This document shows, piece by piece, positions 30,143 through 41,296 of a DNA stretch of 64,000 nt (positions within the stretch are counted from its first letter, which is position 1; each line of letters begins with the position of its first letter). Location: NCBI GenBank assembly GCA_018238545.1, contig JABCTC010000006.1, positions 1-64,000 of the forward strand. The letters are read 5' to 3'. The position numbers and the translations under genes were made by a program. The notes beneath the pieces were generated by a model. The model saw nothing but the letters and a program-made list of their open reading frames with translations. It was not told the origin of the DNA and ran no database searches. This stretch comes from Candidatus Heimdallarchaeota archaeon (GTDB lineage: Archaea > Asgardarchaeota > Heimdallarchaeia > Heimdallarchaeales > Heimdallarchaeaceae).

Positions 30143-30772
30143 TCATGTCATGATTGTAACACCTTGAGATGATAGAACATAAAACATCTCTTGCTTTTCA
30201 TGCTTTGCTTTCCATAATTTTTTGTTAACATGTTCAAGCATGATGTTGATATCTGAGTAATTTGTTATGACGGAATTTGCAATAGGACGCACTATTTTGA
30301 GATTATTTTCTCTAAACACACTAACTTGATTGGTTAACACTATTGGTATGTTAAGTTTTCTACTAACCATCTGTAAATATGCCATTTGGAGAGATAATGA
30401 TTTATTCCATTTCATTTCATTCACATTTAGTGAACTGAATCTAAAATGATTAGTAAATCCGTTTATCCCAACAAAAAGGGGTTTTTCTTTCTTAAAGAAA
30501 CTATGCAATTTCATTATGATTCTTATTTGATTCGCTCTATCTACCACTCTTAAAAGCATTATATTTTCAAAATTAATTTCTTTTCCTAGAGTTATTTCTC
30601 GAAGCCTTCTGGCACTGAAATTTATTTCACAATCTAAAATTATTGCCTTTTTCCCTTTTTTTAACTTTTTACAAAGATGATAGAGAATTGTTGTTTTTCC
30701 AGAATTTGGAGGACCTGCTATATGTGTGATACCATCTGATACTATTGATTTTTCAAGAAAATTTGAAAGCAT
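30143..30772 (-). CDS. RadB/Rad51-paralog-like ATPase
   Basis: ITHIAGPPNSGKT, DCEINFSARRL, VLTNQV. Confidence 0.8.
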   Translation of the reverse strand: MLSNFLEKSIVSDGITHIAGPPNSGKTTILYHLCKKLKKGKKAIILDCEINFSARRLREITLGKEINFENIMLLRVVDRANQIRIIMKLHSFFKKEKPLFVGINGFTNHFRFSSLNVNEMKWNKSLSLQMAYLQMVSRKLNIPIVLTNQVSVFRENNLKIVRPIANSVITNYSDINIMLEHVNKKLWKAKHEKQEMFYVLSSQGVTIMT

Positions 30773-30900
30773 AATTTAATCACATATTTTTATATCTACA
30801 CAAGATTAGTGCAGTTTATTTATATTAAACCCTTTACTAAAATGTTCTTATTTAATAACCAAAGGTTATTGGTTTAAAGCAGATAAAAACACGAACTAAT

Positions 30901-31134
30901 TTACACAACTAACATGTACAAAATCAGTGAGATAAGTATAAGCCCCACCCCTTTACTAATCGCAATCCCGTTCCATCTCCTTTCCTTGTAAAGAGTTGTT
31001 TTACTGGCTTTTTCAGTTGTAATCATAATCCCTATCCACATCCCTAGTTTTGCGATGTAGAATAATGCCACGGTGAGAATTGAAAGAAGGTTTTGGAAAA
31101 TATTATTACTAATGTCGGTAACCATCTGGATCAT
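30901..31134 (-). CDS. Small membrane protein
   Basis: 77 aa with two hydrophobic segments. Confidence 0.5.
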   Translation of the reverse strand: MIQMVTDISNNIFQNLLSILTVALFYIAKLGMWIGIMITTEKASKTTLYKERRWNGIAISKGVGLILISLILYMLVV

Positions 31135-31214
31135 TATGATATTTACATTAAATATTATATACTCAACAAAAAATCATACTAAAAACCCAACATCGAACTA
31201 TCCACTTATTCACA

Positions 31215-32000
31215 TTACTTTCTAGTTATCGAGAGTTTTTTTGGCATTCTTCTCTTGTGATGGCTTTTTGAGATAAGTTGTTTAATGCGTACAATTTGTT
31301 CGTCTTTTAACTGCAATTTTTTAGCTAGGAATTCTTCTTTCCTATTATTTTCCAACCCAATTAGAAATTTGTCAAGTTTTTCATAAGATACTCCGATTTC
31401 TTTCTCATCAGTTTGCCCTTTCCATAAACCTGCCGTTGGGGTTTTTGTAATAATTTTTTGGTTTACATCCAACTTTTCAGCGATTTTATACAGTTCTGTT
31501 TTATATAGCTCCCCTATTGGCCACATATCAGCTGCTAGATCACCAAATTTTGTCCCATAACCAATTGATATTTCGGATTTATTTGATGTTCCTGCTACCA
31601 GTTTATTATCAATATTTGCTATAGAATATAGAATTACCGCTCTAATTCTTGCTTTTAAATTCCCCTTAGCTAAAGCACTATCTTCAACATTTGGTAGTAA
31701 CTTAAATACACTATCAAGTGTTGGTGAAATTTTTATGATTCTTAAGGGAATGTTCAAATCATGAGCAACAGTTTGTGCATCCTCTGTATGAATGTTCTCT
31801 AACTCTTCCTCAGGTAAGTGAACTAAATCTACTCTCTCTTTCCCAAGCGCGATAGCTGATAAATGTGCGATAATTGCAGAATCAATTCCACCACTTAATC
31901 CTATAACTACTCCACTTGTTTGTGAATTATTTACTTCATCTTTAATAAATTGCACCGTCAAATCTATTATTTCACTATAATTCTTGATAAATTGAAACAT
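31215..32000 (-). CDS. nadE: NH3-dependent NAD+ synthetase
   Basis: GLSGGIDS, GNLKARIR, GTSNKSE, GYGTKFGD, PTAGLW. Confidence 0.95.
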   Translation of the reverse strand: MFQFIKNYSEIIDLTVQFIKDEVNNSQTSGVVIGLSGGIDSAIIAHLSAIALGKERVDLVHLPEEELENIHTEDAQTVAHDLNIPLRIIKISPTLDSVFKLLPNVEDSALAKGNLKARIRAVILYSIANIDNKLVAGTSNKSEISIGYGTKFGDLAADMWPIGELYKTELYKIAEKLDVNQKIITKTPTAGLWKGQTDEKEIGVSYEKLDKFLIGLENNRKEEFLAKKLQLKDEQIVRIKQLISKSHHKRRMPKKLSITRK

Positions 32001-32078
32001 GCTTTTACGTTCCTTAGAATTCGTAATAAATTCATTATTTTTAAATCTTAAGAAATGAAAAATCTCTGTAACTATTTT

Positions 32079-32154
32079 TGGAGCCTCGAAGGGGGATTGA
32101 ACCCCTGACCTTTACCTTACCAAGGTAACGCTCTACCAACTGAGCTATCGAGGC
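32079..32154 (-). tRNA. tRNA-Thr(GGT), CCA encoded
   Basis: Cloverleaf; anticodon arm TTACC-TTGGTAA-GGTAA. Confidence 0.93.
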
Positions 32155-32282
32155 TTGTTTAATAGAGTGCGACGACTGAAATTTTTAAAAGTTGTGTTTT
32201 ATGTAGAAGATTTATCCTTCTGATAAAATCCACAAAGGGCGAAAAGTCTAAATATACTATCTTTAAATTCCTAACAAATTAA

Positions 32283-33362
32283 GTGACTTGGGATATTATG
32301 AAAAAGCGTTCATCTATGTTGCTATTTATCTATCTTTTTGCAATGACAAATCTATTTTTACCTATATCTATCAATGCCGATATTACTATTGAATATGTTA
32401 TAATGTACGATGAATATCATGGACAATTCTTTGATCGAGAATTAATGAGCACTGCTCTAAGCACACTTGATGAATTAGTGATATACAACAATGAAACCGA
32501 AGAAATAGTTGAAATCAAAATAACCCTGATATATAATAACGAAACAGAGTTCAATTCTACCAACCTTCAAGGTGTAGATTTACTCATAATGACAAATCCT
32601 GGGTTTGAAGAAGAAGACAATTTATCGCCTTCTGAAAGATTAGCTATTCTCGATTTTATGGAACTTGGAGGTTCTCTTTTTGCTTTATGCAATCCTTTAT
32701 CCTATGATGAAAATGTAACAGGAAATCCTGTAACCATTAATGCTTTACTTAATGAGAGAGATTCAGCATTAACTACTGCTCGATTACGAGCAAGTGCTAT
32801 TGCTAATTCTACTGTATTAGTTGATGATTTCTTCCATGTTTATGAAAATAACACTTTTCTTTCACTAACAAACTATGAAAGTGAGCATACAATCTTTGAG
32901 CAGGAAGTCGAAATCTCAAATTTAACAATCTATTCTGCTTCAATTGAATTGGGAAATGAACTTCAAGAGGATGCAATAGGTAGAACTCTTGAAACAACTT
33001 ACTCTATAGATGAATCTTATCATATATTCAGAGATCAAGCAGCAGGTTTTCTAACTTGGTTATTAACCCAAACCGTGGGTAACTCAAGATTTGTCATATC
33101 TGGTTCGACAATTATGTTTAGTGATTTCGAAATTGTTGAAGATGAAAAATGGATAGATCAAGAACAAAACTTGGACTTATGGAAGAATACAATTCTATGG
33201 CTTCTAAAATACACTCCTCATCCTGAATTACCTGCTTTACCTTTGCTACCTTTCTGGAGCTATGCTTTAATTGTGGTTGGTGTTTCAGTAGGGATTTTTG
33301 GATTTTCTGTTTTATTGTACAGATACCGCATTAGCAAGAAAACTGAATTTAAGGTAAAGTAA
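32283..33362 (+). CDS. Secreted/membrane-anchored GATase-like (GIFT/DUF4350/Wbp1-like) domain protein
   Basis: Signal peptide, YDEYHGQ, DLLIMTNP, ILDFMELGGSL, SGSTIMFSD, N..LWKNTILWL, C-terminal TM. Confidence 0.6.
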   Translation: MTWDIMKKRSSMLLFIYLFAMTNLFLPISINADITIEYVIMYDEYHGQFFDRELMSTALSTLDELVIYNNETEEIVEIKITLIYNNETEFNSTNLQGVDLLIMTNPGFEEEDNLSPSERLAILDFMELGGSLFALCNPLSYDENVTGNPVTINALLNERDSALTTARLRASAIANSTVLVDDFFHVYENNTFLSLTNYESEHTIFEQEVEISNLTIYSASIELGNELQEDAIGRTLETTYSIDESYHIFRDQAAGFLTWLLTQTVGNSRFVISGSTIMFSDFEIVEDEKWIDQEQNLDLWKNTILWLLKYTPHPELPALPLLPFWSYALIVVGVSVGIFGFSVLLYRYRISKKTEFKVK

Positions 33363-33386
33363 GTGATATTGTTTTAACAATAAAAA

Positions 33387-34709
33387 GTGGAGTATAAATA
33401 TTCAATTTTACTTAGTTTAATGATGGAAAACAAAAAAATCGATATATTCGGTACTAAAGAATCTATGCTAATTTCCTCTTTACTTGACGGAGCTATTGAA
33501 GTTAGTGATTTTCGCTTATCCATTAGTCATTTCTCTAAAACGAAAGTTACTAATCTCTTCCGCGACAGTTTTCCCAAGTTTTCTTCTGGGGTAAAAACAA
33601 AGATTACAGATGTCTTTACTAGATACTTTTTCAGCAATGATAAGATTGACACTAATGAATTCTGGCGATTTGTAGATTTTAGAAATTTTTGGGCTGAATT
33701 GAGGAAGTTTCATAATGTCATCTATTCGCGAAACATGACTTTGAGAGACATTATCAAGTTTTTCGAGCAAACACTCTTTCAAACTAAATCTCGCTTGAAC
33801 CTCAATTTTTTGGAAAAGAAGATAGTTGAGAAACTCGGAAAAAAACCCTCTCTACTTTACAAACAACTAGCTGAAGACTTGAGTATCTCAGAGAAAAAGG
33901 TGAGTATAACGTTAAAGAATTTGAATTCTCGTGGCATTTATCTCGGTGGTTTAATTTCCTACGAATCAATTGGACTTCATGAATTTTTCTCTTTTAATCG
34001 TTCTAATGATTTTGGAGATAATGCTGTGCTTATTGATAGATATCTGCTTTTTCCGGATTTGAATATCACTCATGGAATAATGCCACGGAAAAAACATGGT
34101 CCTTCTTTTTATTATGTTAAAGAAAAGAAAATGTACTTCAATCCAGATATTTTGAACAAAGGATTACCTATTCAAGCATGGAAAAAACATTCTCTTACCA
34201 AACAAAAGAATTTCTCAGATTCTGATACTAAAACTAAACTCAAAAAAATTTCTTCAGAAAAACAACCTTATCTCCCCTACCTTTTGCGAAATTGCGAACT
34301 TGATTTCAAACGTCCTGACATTAAAACTATTGCAAAATCCTATGATGTTTCTGCTAGAACATTGTTTAGACTAAAATCCAGACTAATAGAAGATAAAACA
34401 ATTCAACCAAACATGGTTGTAGAAAATCCCGATTTACTTCAAGTGTTACTAGTATCTAAATCTGAATTGGTGGAATTGTACAACAAAGTTCCATTTATCC
34501 GTACTTATCAGATTCATGATGATTTTGGAGACGTCAGTTGGCTTTCATATCTGTCGATCTTTATGCCTGATTTCAAATATATATATTCACGTTTAAGTCA
34601 TCATGTTGAGGTATTTCAGGTGATTAAACGACAAATAAGGGATTTAAATATAGATATTGGTTTACCTACACTTTCGCATGCCAATCGTAAAACTTATACA
34701 AACAACTAG
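33387..34709 (+). CDS. Winged-HTH domain protein (Lrp/AsnC-like HTHs)
   Basis: YKQLAEDLSISEKKVSITLKNL and IAKSYDVSARTLFRLKSRL. Confidence 0.6.
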   Translation: MEYKYSILLSLMMENKKIDIFGTKESMLISSLLDGAIEVSDFRLSISHFSKTKVTNLFRDSFPKFSSGVKTKITDVFTRYFFSNDKIDTNEFWRFVDFRNFWAELRKFHNVIYSRNMTLRDIIKFFEQTLFQTKSRLNLNFLEKKIVEKLGKKPSLLYKQLAEDLSISEKKVSITLKNLNSRGIYLGGLISYESIGLHEFFSFNRSNDFGDNAVLIDRYLLFPDLNITHGIMPRKKHGPSFYYVKEKKMYFNPDILNKGLPIQAWKKHSLTKQKNFSDSDTKTKLKKISSEKQPYLPYLLRNCELDFKRPDIKTIAKSYDVSARTLFRLKSRLIEDKTIQPNMVVENPDLLQVLLVSKSELVELYNKVPFIRTYQIHDDFGDVSWLSYLSIFMPDFKYIYSRLSHHVEVFQVIKRQIRDLNIDIGLPTLSHANRKTYTNN

Positions 34710-34722
34710 GTGTTGTCTTCAT

Positions 34723-36843
34723 ATGTCAAATCAACGCTCACTAAAGGAAATTGTTGATATAATATCTTCGGAAGCTGGATTAGGAAAAGAAGAAATCAAT
34801 CAGTTAATCAATAATAAGATGGATGAATTAGGAGAGTTTGTTACTGCTTTAGGAGCTGCTCATATTGTAGCAAGAGAAATGAGTGTTGATCTCTCTTCTG
34901 AACCCAAGGCCACAGTTCCTCCAATGATAAATGTGGATCAACTCGTACCAGAAATAACCAATGTTAATTTACTTGGAAGAATAACGAGAATTTATGATCA
35001 ATTTGTATTTAAGAAGAAAGATGGTTCTGAAGGAGTGCTCCAATCCATAATATTGGAAGATAAAACTGGTACTATCCGTATTGTATTCTGGGACCAAAAA
35101 GCTGGTGAATTTCAAAAAGGAAATTGTAGCTTAGGAAATCCGATACAAATACTAGGTGCATATACTCGAAAAGGAAAGGATGGTTCAACAGAAGTACACC
35201 TTGGGATTAGAAGTCATCTTCAAATTAGACCCTCTGGAATTAGGGATGATGATTTACCTGAGTCTAAGGATTCTTTCTTTAAAATTGATGAAATAAAGGG
35301 TAATGAAGCTGATGTTTCGATTAAAGGGCAGATTACGCAAATTGATGATGTCCTCGAGTTTGAGCGTTCTGATGGTTCTAAAGGAACAAAGCGAGGTTTA
35401 GTTATCGGAGATGAAACTGGCGAAGTTCTTGTGAATTTCTGGAATGAAAAATCTTCCCAAGTAAAAGATTTGAACCTCGGGGATATTATTAGTGTCATTG
35501 GTTTGTCATCAAAAATAGGTTTGAAAGGTTTAATTGAACTTCACTCAAACAGGTTTACAAATTTCACAAAAGAAGAACCAACTGCTGATTTTGTTGTGAA
35601 AAAAGGTCTTGTAGGAACCGTTTCTAAGGAAAGCATTCAAATTACAAAACTTAATGAAATCTCCATTATCAATCAACTCATCTCTGTTAAAGGTTTAATA
35701 ATACAAATAAATCCAATCCATGAATTTTCGCGTGAAAGTGGGAGTAAAGGAAAGGTACAAAACATAGTTATTTCAGATGATTCTCGTTTAATGAGAATTG
35801 TTCTGTGGGATGACAAAACAGCTTTGATTGGTTCTAAAGATACAGATAAAATGTTAAGCATCATTAATGGAAGCACTCGAAAGGGGAGGTTTACAGATAT
35901 TGAAATACATTGTGGAAACCAAACACAAATTGATTTTGAAGAAGTTGAGATTAGCGTTATTAAACAATATCAAGTAAAATTCACTAACCTTAATGATATT
36001 CATCCAACTGAAGCAGATGTAAATGTAAGAGGCATTATAACGGAATTTAATCCTGTACAAGAAATTACAACAAAAGAGAATGAGATCATCAAGTTACAGA
36101 GTTTTAAGATTAATGATCAAACCGCTGAAATCAAGGTTACTTGCTGGAGAGATAACGTGCAAAAACTAGCAAATCTAAGCAGTGGAGAGAGAATTGAAAT
36201 ATATCAGGCAAAAGTGAAGGAAGATTCAGGATATGGACACGAACTCACCATTACAGGGAATTCTTTTTTGAAAAAAGCTATTCACAATGACATGACACCT
36301 CAGGGTTTCGTGCCTAGTTCAACAATATCAAACCTTGGATCCCAAATTCAAGCAATTAATGATATTGAAGATATTAAAGACGGTGATACTGTCACAATTC
36401 AAGGTACGGTTGTGAAACTTAATGAAACACAGTTTGTCTATTCTTCATGCCCAGAATGTAAAAAAAAGGTCAATAAGCAAGACAAACTTTACATTTGTAA
36501 AGAACATGGAGAGATTGAGAAACCTATAAGCCGCATTCTATTTTCATTTGTTGTGAATGATGGAACAGGAAACATCAACATTTTATGTGCAGGTAAACTA
36601 GCTGAAATGATAATTGGCATGTCAGCTAATGCTGTTTCGAGAATGGTGGATGAACAAGAATCCGATCAGGCTCCTTACTCTATTTTGCGAAATAAAGGAT
36701 TTGAGAACTCGGAATTGATAATTAGTGGCAAAGTCAACAGAAATCAATATCTCAATAGTTTGGAAATCATAGCCAGATCTATTGAGGAAGTAAGTTATAA
36801 AGAAGCCTCTAAAAACATGGTCAAACAGATATTCACCGAGTAA
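34723..36843 (+). CDS. rpa: Replication protein A (multi OB-fold plus Zn finger)
   Basis: Repeated D.TG.I...FW OB motifs; CPECKKK...CKEHG. Confidence 0.9.
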   Translation: MSNQRSLKEIVDIISSEAGLGKEEINQLINNKMDELGEFVTALGAAHIVAREMSVDLSSEPKATVPPMINVDQLVPEITNVNLLGRITRIYDQFVFKKKDGSEGVLQSIILEDKTGTIRIVFWDQKAGEFQKGNCSLGNPIQILGAYTRKGKDGSTEVHLGIRSHLQIRPSGIRDDDLPESKDSFFKIDEIKGNEADVSIKGQITQIDDVLEFERSDGSKGTKRGLVIGDETGEVLVNFWNEKSSQVKDLNLGDIISVIGLSSKIGLKGLIELHSNRFTNFTKEEPTADFVVKKGLVGTVSKESIQITKLNEISIINQLISVKGLIIQINPIHEFSRESGSKGKVQNIVISDDSRLMRIVLWDDKTALIGSKDTDKMLSIINGSTRKGRFTDIEIHCGNQTQIDFEEVEISVIKQYQVKFTNLNDIHPTEADVNVRGIITEFNPVQEITTKENEIIKLQSFKINDQTAEIKVTCWRDNVQKLANLSSGERIEIYQAKVKEDSGYGHELTITGNSFLKKAIHNDMTPQGFVPSSTISNLGSQIQAINDIEDIKDGDTVTIQGTVVKLNETQFVYSSCPECKKKVNKQDKLYICKEHGEIEKPISRILFSFVVNDGTGNINILCAGKLAEMIIGMSANAVSRMVDEQESDQAPYSILRNKGFENSELIISGKVNRNQYLNSLEIIARSIEEVSYKEASKNMVKQIFTE

Positions 36844-36950
36844 TACGTTTTTATCTCCTTCCTTGAATATTTAAGCGTTTATTCATTTTTATTTTTGGCT
36901 TAATGTCGAAAAGCTTATTAATACTCACATGACTGCTTCAACGGGTTATA

Positions 36951-37061
36951 ATGGATTTTACTGTATTACTAACTGTGTCTATCATTTTAATTATTATAGC
37001 AATTGTTTTTGCATTATTTTATCATGCCTTTAGTATTGGAAAAGAAGAAGAAACGGAATGA
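36951..37061 (+). CDS. 36-aa single-TM protein, candidate OST4 homolog (missed by the ORF track)
   Basis: MDFTVLLTVSIILIIIAIVFALFYHAFSIGKEEETE; TM ending in YH as in OST4. Confidence 0.55.
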   Translation: MDFTVLLTVSIILIIIAIVFALFYHAFSIGKEEETE

Positions 37062-37066
37062 TTTTA

Positions 37067-39970
37067 TTATATTTCTAATATCATGCCCCTTTTCTTATTG
37101 TAAACTTTCACTATTGTTGCTATTGCCCCTAATAATACAGTGGAACTTGAAACAACTGGTATTACTATATTTGTAATTGCATTAGCATTTGTTTTTTTAA
37201 CCCCAACTAAATCTAATACCAAATAACTTCCTTTTGCTATATCAACATTGGATAATAAAACATAAAGGTCATTTATTTGTAGCCCATATAATTCTGTTAC
37301 ATCTTCCTCCTTACTTGAGAAAACCTGCCATGTATATTTAGAAGTAACATAACTCTCATTCAAATGATAAACAAGAGAGATGTTTGTATAACTTTTAGTT
37401 CTTGCATCTATGATGAAATGTATTATTATTTCATCATTTTCTTCTTCAATATTTGTTGAAACCTCTGGACCTGTGGTCTCCACAATTAATTTGTGGTTTT
37501 CATTGCTTTTTTCGGTTTCAGCTTCCCAATAAATCACATTACTATCCCAATAAACTGGGATTCGTAAGGTATCTGCTTCAATATAGGCATTTGTGATTGG
37601 AGTCATTTCCTCTTCAATAATTGCAAACCACCTGTCGTGATTTTCAGGATATTGTATCTTATATACTAATGTTATATTATCGGAAATAGCTCTCACTTCA
37701 CCTTCTTGGACAATATTTGCTTGTAAATCGCTAAACTGTATTTCGTAAGATTCTGTGAAAATTGGATTATATTTGTTAATTACTGAATAATTCACATAGA
37801 TTTCCTTTTGGTTAAGCGGTAATTGAATTTCAAAGGAATATTCCCCCCAACTATCTGTAATTCCTGTGACAGTACCAATTGTTTCTATTTCTATTTTAAT
37901 TGGTGCATTACCAACTGGGAGGTCATTTGCAGTAACACAAAAATCAAATTGATAGCGTAATCCCGAATCCATTTTTGTATACGTGAATGAAGCTTCTAAA
38001 GTACTTTCTATAACATTGATTTCTATTGATTCTATTATTGTGGCATGAGTTTGAGATGCCGCCCATATGTCTAATTTGACTTCTCCCAATTCAAGATAGA
38101 ATGCTGATAAATGAAGCCTAAATGTATTTCCATTTTCTTCTACTGGAATTTCCTCATTATCTAAATATACAATAAGAGATGATTCTTCTATTGCTTGTCC
38201 ACTATCCAAATCTAAGTAGTTGATATCTAATATTTTAAGTGTGAATTGTGGCATTTCAATTTGATCTAAGACTATCAGTTGGGATGGTAGTCTGATTAAA
38301 CTGATTGTTGTACTTATGAATCCTATGGTATCTGCATCCAGCACTATGAATGTTACATCATATGTACCATTATGTACCCACGAAGGAAAATTGAGATCCA
38401 TTGTTTCATTTGTGATATAGCCTTTCATGGAACCATTTTCAATTCCTGACCAAAATGCGAAAACTGGTATTTCATCTATTGGATGGCTGAATTCAACCGT
38501 CGCATTTAACATCTCAAATATTGTTAGTTCAGAAAATATTGTTTTATTTATCAAATTCTGAATGGTAAATTGACAATTGAGATTGGTGGTAGAACCGATC
38601 TTTAATAAAGTCAAAACAGCTTGAGTTTCGTCTATATTTTCGATACTTTGAATCTGAAAATTTTCTATATTTTCATCTAGGATCCAATATTCAGGATAAG
38701 TGATGTTAATTTGGTTAATTTCTGAACTTATTTGATTTGTAGTTATCGTATATGAAATTGTGGTATCGCTTTCAGTCTGTATGTTTTTACTGAATTGCAT
38801 CATAATCGTTCCTGTTATGTTTAGAATATATTCTGATTTAATTTCGAAAGTTGAATTATGATTCCATTTCAAATCAATCTCATTATTTAGATTTGTCTCA
38901 TCTACAAGCACATCAATATCTATGGCCCCTGAACTAATATTAGTTGAACTGACCGAAAAATCGTTCAATTCAAGATCTATATCTTCTGGTGATACGGATG
39001 AAGTTACTTTAAACTCATCAATAAGGAGAGAACATTCTGAATATTCTGGTGAAATAACATAAATGCCTATGGATTTAAGAACCGTGGGAATATAGGGGTC
39101 TCCTTGATCAAAAAGATCTGATATCTCAAGGGAATAGAAGTTCCATTGATCATTCCAACTACTATTTTCTAAAAGTCGATAAACTACAAATGGCGTGGTT
39201 GTATTCTCTCCAATTTCAGGTGGGTCAATATCTGTATAGTGCCAATGTATAACCATAATTCTACAAGTATCAAAAACAATATCAAAAATCAGAGAAGAGT
39301 TTATGACATTTTGTAAAGATGAATTAGATTCTAATAGATAGTTATAGCTAATGCGTGTATCTGTTTGGTATAATTCTATGTTTTCTTGATATAATGAATA
39401 GGTCATTGTCTCTGTATTACTTGAATAAAATTTCCATACATTGTCTCCTTCTATACTCCTTGGATCTGCAGTTCTTTCTATACTCAAACCTGCTTGCATG
39501 ACATTATCTGAATAGAATGATTCTTGTACTTCAGCCCCAGAATTCTGAATATACTGCACTTCCATATTTGTAATTTCTCCCCTAAGATTATACATTCCTT
39601 GGCCTGGAACTGAAATAATTGAATCCCCATCTTCAATTTTACCTGCTATTTCTTGTCCTGTATAATTTGCTTCAAGACTCACATTTGGGTTAAAACTATC
39701 AAGGGTCTCGATAAGTGAAACATTATTTTCCTCCCAGCCATCCTCTAAGCCACTAAAACCTTGTTCAACATTAGAAACGGTATATTCTCTATAATTGTTT
39801 CCATTAACAGAATCTTCTATACTATCCTTTGTTGTGATTTCCTCCACTTTATCATTGTTTTGATAATAATCGTAATCGCTTATTCCACCATTCACTAACA
39901 AGGACCCTTGATTAATAGTAGATAAACTAACAAAAACTAGTATAACAAATAGCAATTTTCTGTATTTCAT
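37067..39970 (-). CDS. Large acidic cell-surface protein
   Basis: Signal peptide, beta-rich acidic body, many NxS/T sequons, C-terminal TM plus basic tail. Confidence 0.75.
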   Translation of the reverse strand: MKYRKLLFVILVFVSLSTINQGSLLVNGGISDYDYYQNNDKVEEITTKDSIEDSVNGNNYREYTVSNVEQGFSGLEDGWEENNVSLIETLDSFNPNVSLEANYTGQEIAGKIEDGDSIISVPGQGMYNLRGEITNMEVQYIQNSGAEVQESFYSDNVMQAGLSIERTADPRSIEGDNVWKFYSSNTETMTYSLYQENIELYQTDTRISYNYLLESNSSLQNVINSSLIFDIVFDTCRIMVIHWHYTDIDPPEIGENTTTPFVVYRLLENSSWNDQWNFYSLEISDLFDQGDPYIPTVLKSIGIYVISPEYSECSLLIDEFKVTSSVSPEDIDLELNDFSVSSTNISSGAIDIDVLVDETNLNNEIDLKWNHNSTFEIKSEYILNITGTIMMQFSKNIQTESDTTISYTITTNQISSEINQINITYPEYWILDENIENFQIQSIENIDETQAVLTLLKIGSTTNLNCQFTIQNLINKTIFSELTIFEMLNATVEFSHPIDEIPVFAFWSGIENGSMKGYITNETMDLNFPSWVHNGTYDVTFIVLDADTIGFISTTISLIRLPSQLIVLDQIEMPQFTLKILDINYLDLDSGQAIEESSLIVYLDNEEIPVEENGNTFRLHLSAFYLELGEVKLDIWAASQTHATIIESIEINVIESTLEASFTYTKMDSGLRYQFDFCVTANDLPVGNAPIKIEIETIGTVTGITDSWGEYSFEIQLPLNQKEIYVNYSVINKYNPIFTESYEIQFSDLQANIVQEGEVRAISDNITLVYKIQYPENHDRWFAIIEEEMTPITNAYIEADTLRIPVYWDSNVIYWEAETEKSNENHKLIVETTGPEVSTNIEEENDEIIIHFIIDARTKSYTNISLVYHLNESYVTSKYTWQVFSSKEEDVTELYGLQINDLYVLLSNVDIAKGSYLVLDLVGVKKTNANAITNIVIPVVSSSTVLLGAIATIVKVYNKKRGMILEI

Positions 39971-40230
39971 CTCATATGTTTATCTTAACTATATATTAAA
40001 AACCGCACATTTTTTACTCTCTTTCCCTTACGCTTACAACTTACCTTTGCTTACTGAATATGTTACTATGATAGTGTACTTGAATACTTTCGGTTAACTG
40101 TCTCTTTTTGTTGAAATTATCTGTTATAGTAGAGCTCTAGATACATTTAATTTAGTGTGACAGTTGCTCGAGCTTTGTTTCAATCTTAAAAATTTTGAAT
40201 AGTTTTACCGATATTGTTATTCTGAGTCAG

Positions 40231-41262
40231 ATGGAAGCTTATATGTGTGATGAGTGCAAGTCAAGGATAGTTAAAGAAAATGGGCTATACGTGTGCCAAA
40301 GCTGTGGTTTGGTTCACGACACGGTCTTAGATGCATCTTCCTTTCAATTAGGATCCGTATCCAAAAGTAATCAACGCAAGAGTCAACAGTTTACCTCTAT
40401 AAACAACAGACTAGCTGTTGTGAGTTCACTCGGTTCCTCTATTGGAACTGTGGAAGAATACATGTTTAGAGACGCTAATGGATCATTATTGGATCAAAGC
40501 ACTCAATCTAAATTTAGAAAATTTAAAAATTATTATCATATCCCAGGTGCAATTAAAGGAAAGGAAACCGACTACAGGACAATAAAAATAATGAATGAAG
40601 TATTCGTGCGACTTCATGTTTCTGAAAAAATACGCAATCGTTCTTTGTTTCTATATCACAAATACAAAAAAGAACATAAAGGCAAAATAACAAATCATGT
40701 CCTGTTATCTGCTTTGTCTCTTCTTCTTAGTGTCCGTGAATTCAAACATAATTGTCCTTTAACCCTCAAAGAGATAGTTGGAACATACAGAGAATTGGGT
40801 CACCGAGTATTGGGTAAAAACTTACTTAGTTTGATGCAAGATTTAAACATCAAATCTCCTTCTTCAAACATAAGAAGGAGTGAAGAATATGTTTTCCGGA
40901 TATGTTCTCTTATATGCCGCCATTCTCCAATAAAAGAAAGAATAGAAAAAAAATATTCTGTTGATGTTTATGTATATGAAAAAATGCTTCAATTACTTTG
41001 TTTACGAATTCTAGAAAGTATCCCTTACGTTGAACGTGGAGGAAAACGCCCTTATCCTTTTTCTGCAGCCTCTGCCTACGTAGCTGATAAACTTCTATCA
41101 AAGAAACTCAACAGTTCTTCAGCTCTAACTCAAAAACTAGTTGCTCAATCAACTAATGTTGCTGAATTTACTATCAGAGATCATGCAGAATTTATGTTTA
41201 GTTATGATTATGATCAAATAATCACTGAAATTAGTAAAAGGCTTTCTTCAAGTTTCGAATAA
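40231..41262 (+). CDS. tfb: Transcription factor TFB/TFIIB family protein (divergent)
   Basis: Zn ribbon CDEC...CQSCGLV; cyclin repeats with GKRP and LTQKLVAQSTNVAEFTIR. Confidence 0.82.
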   Translation: MEAYMCDECKSRIVKENGLYVCQSCGLVHDTVLDASSFQLGSVSKSNQRKSQQFTSINNRLAVVSSLGSSIGTVEEYMFRDANGSLLDQSTQSKFRKFKNYYHIPGAIKGKETDYRTIKIMNEVFVRLHVSEKIRNRSLFLYHKYKKEHKGKITNHVLLSALSLLLSVREFKHNCPLTLKEIVGTYRELGHRVLGKNLLSLMQDLNIKSPSSNIRRSEEYVFRICSLICRHSPIKERIEKKYSVDVYVYEKMLQLLCLRILESIPYVERGGKRPYPFSAASAYVADKLLSKKLNSSSALTQKLVAQSTNVAEFTIRDHAEFMFSYDYDQIITEISKRLSSSFE

Positions 41263-41296
41263 TGCTTAGTAGAGAAATAAATGAAATTCCCCTACT

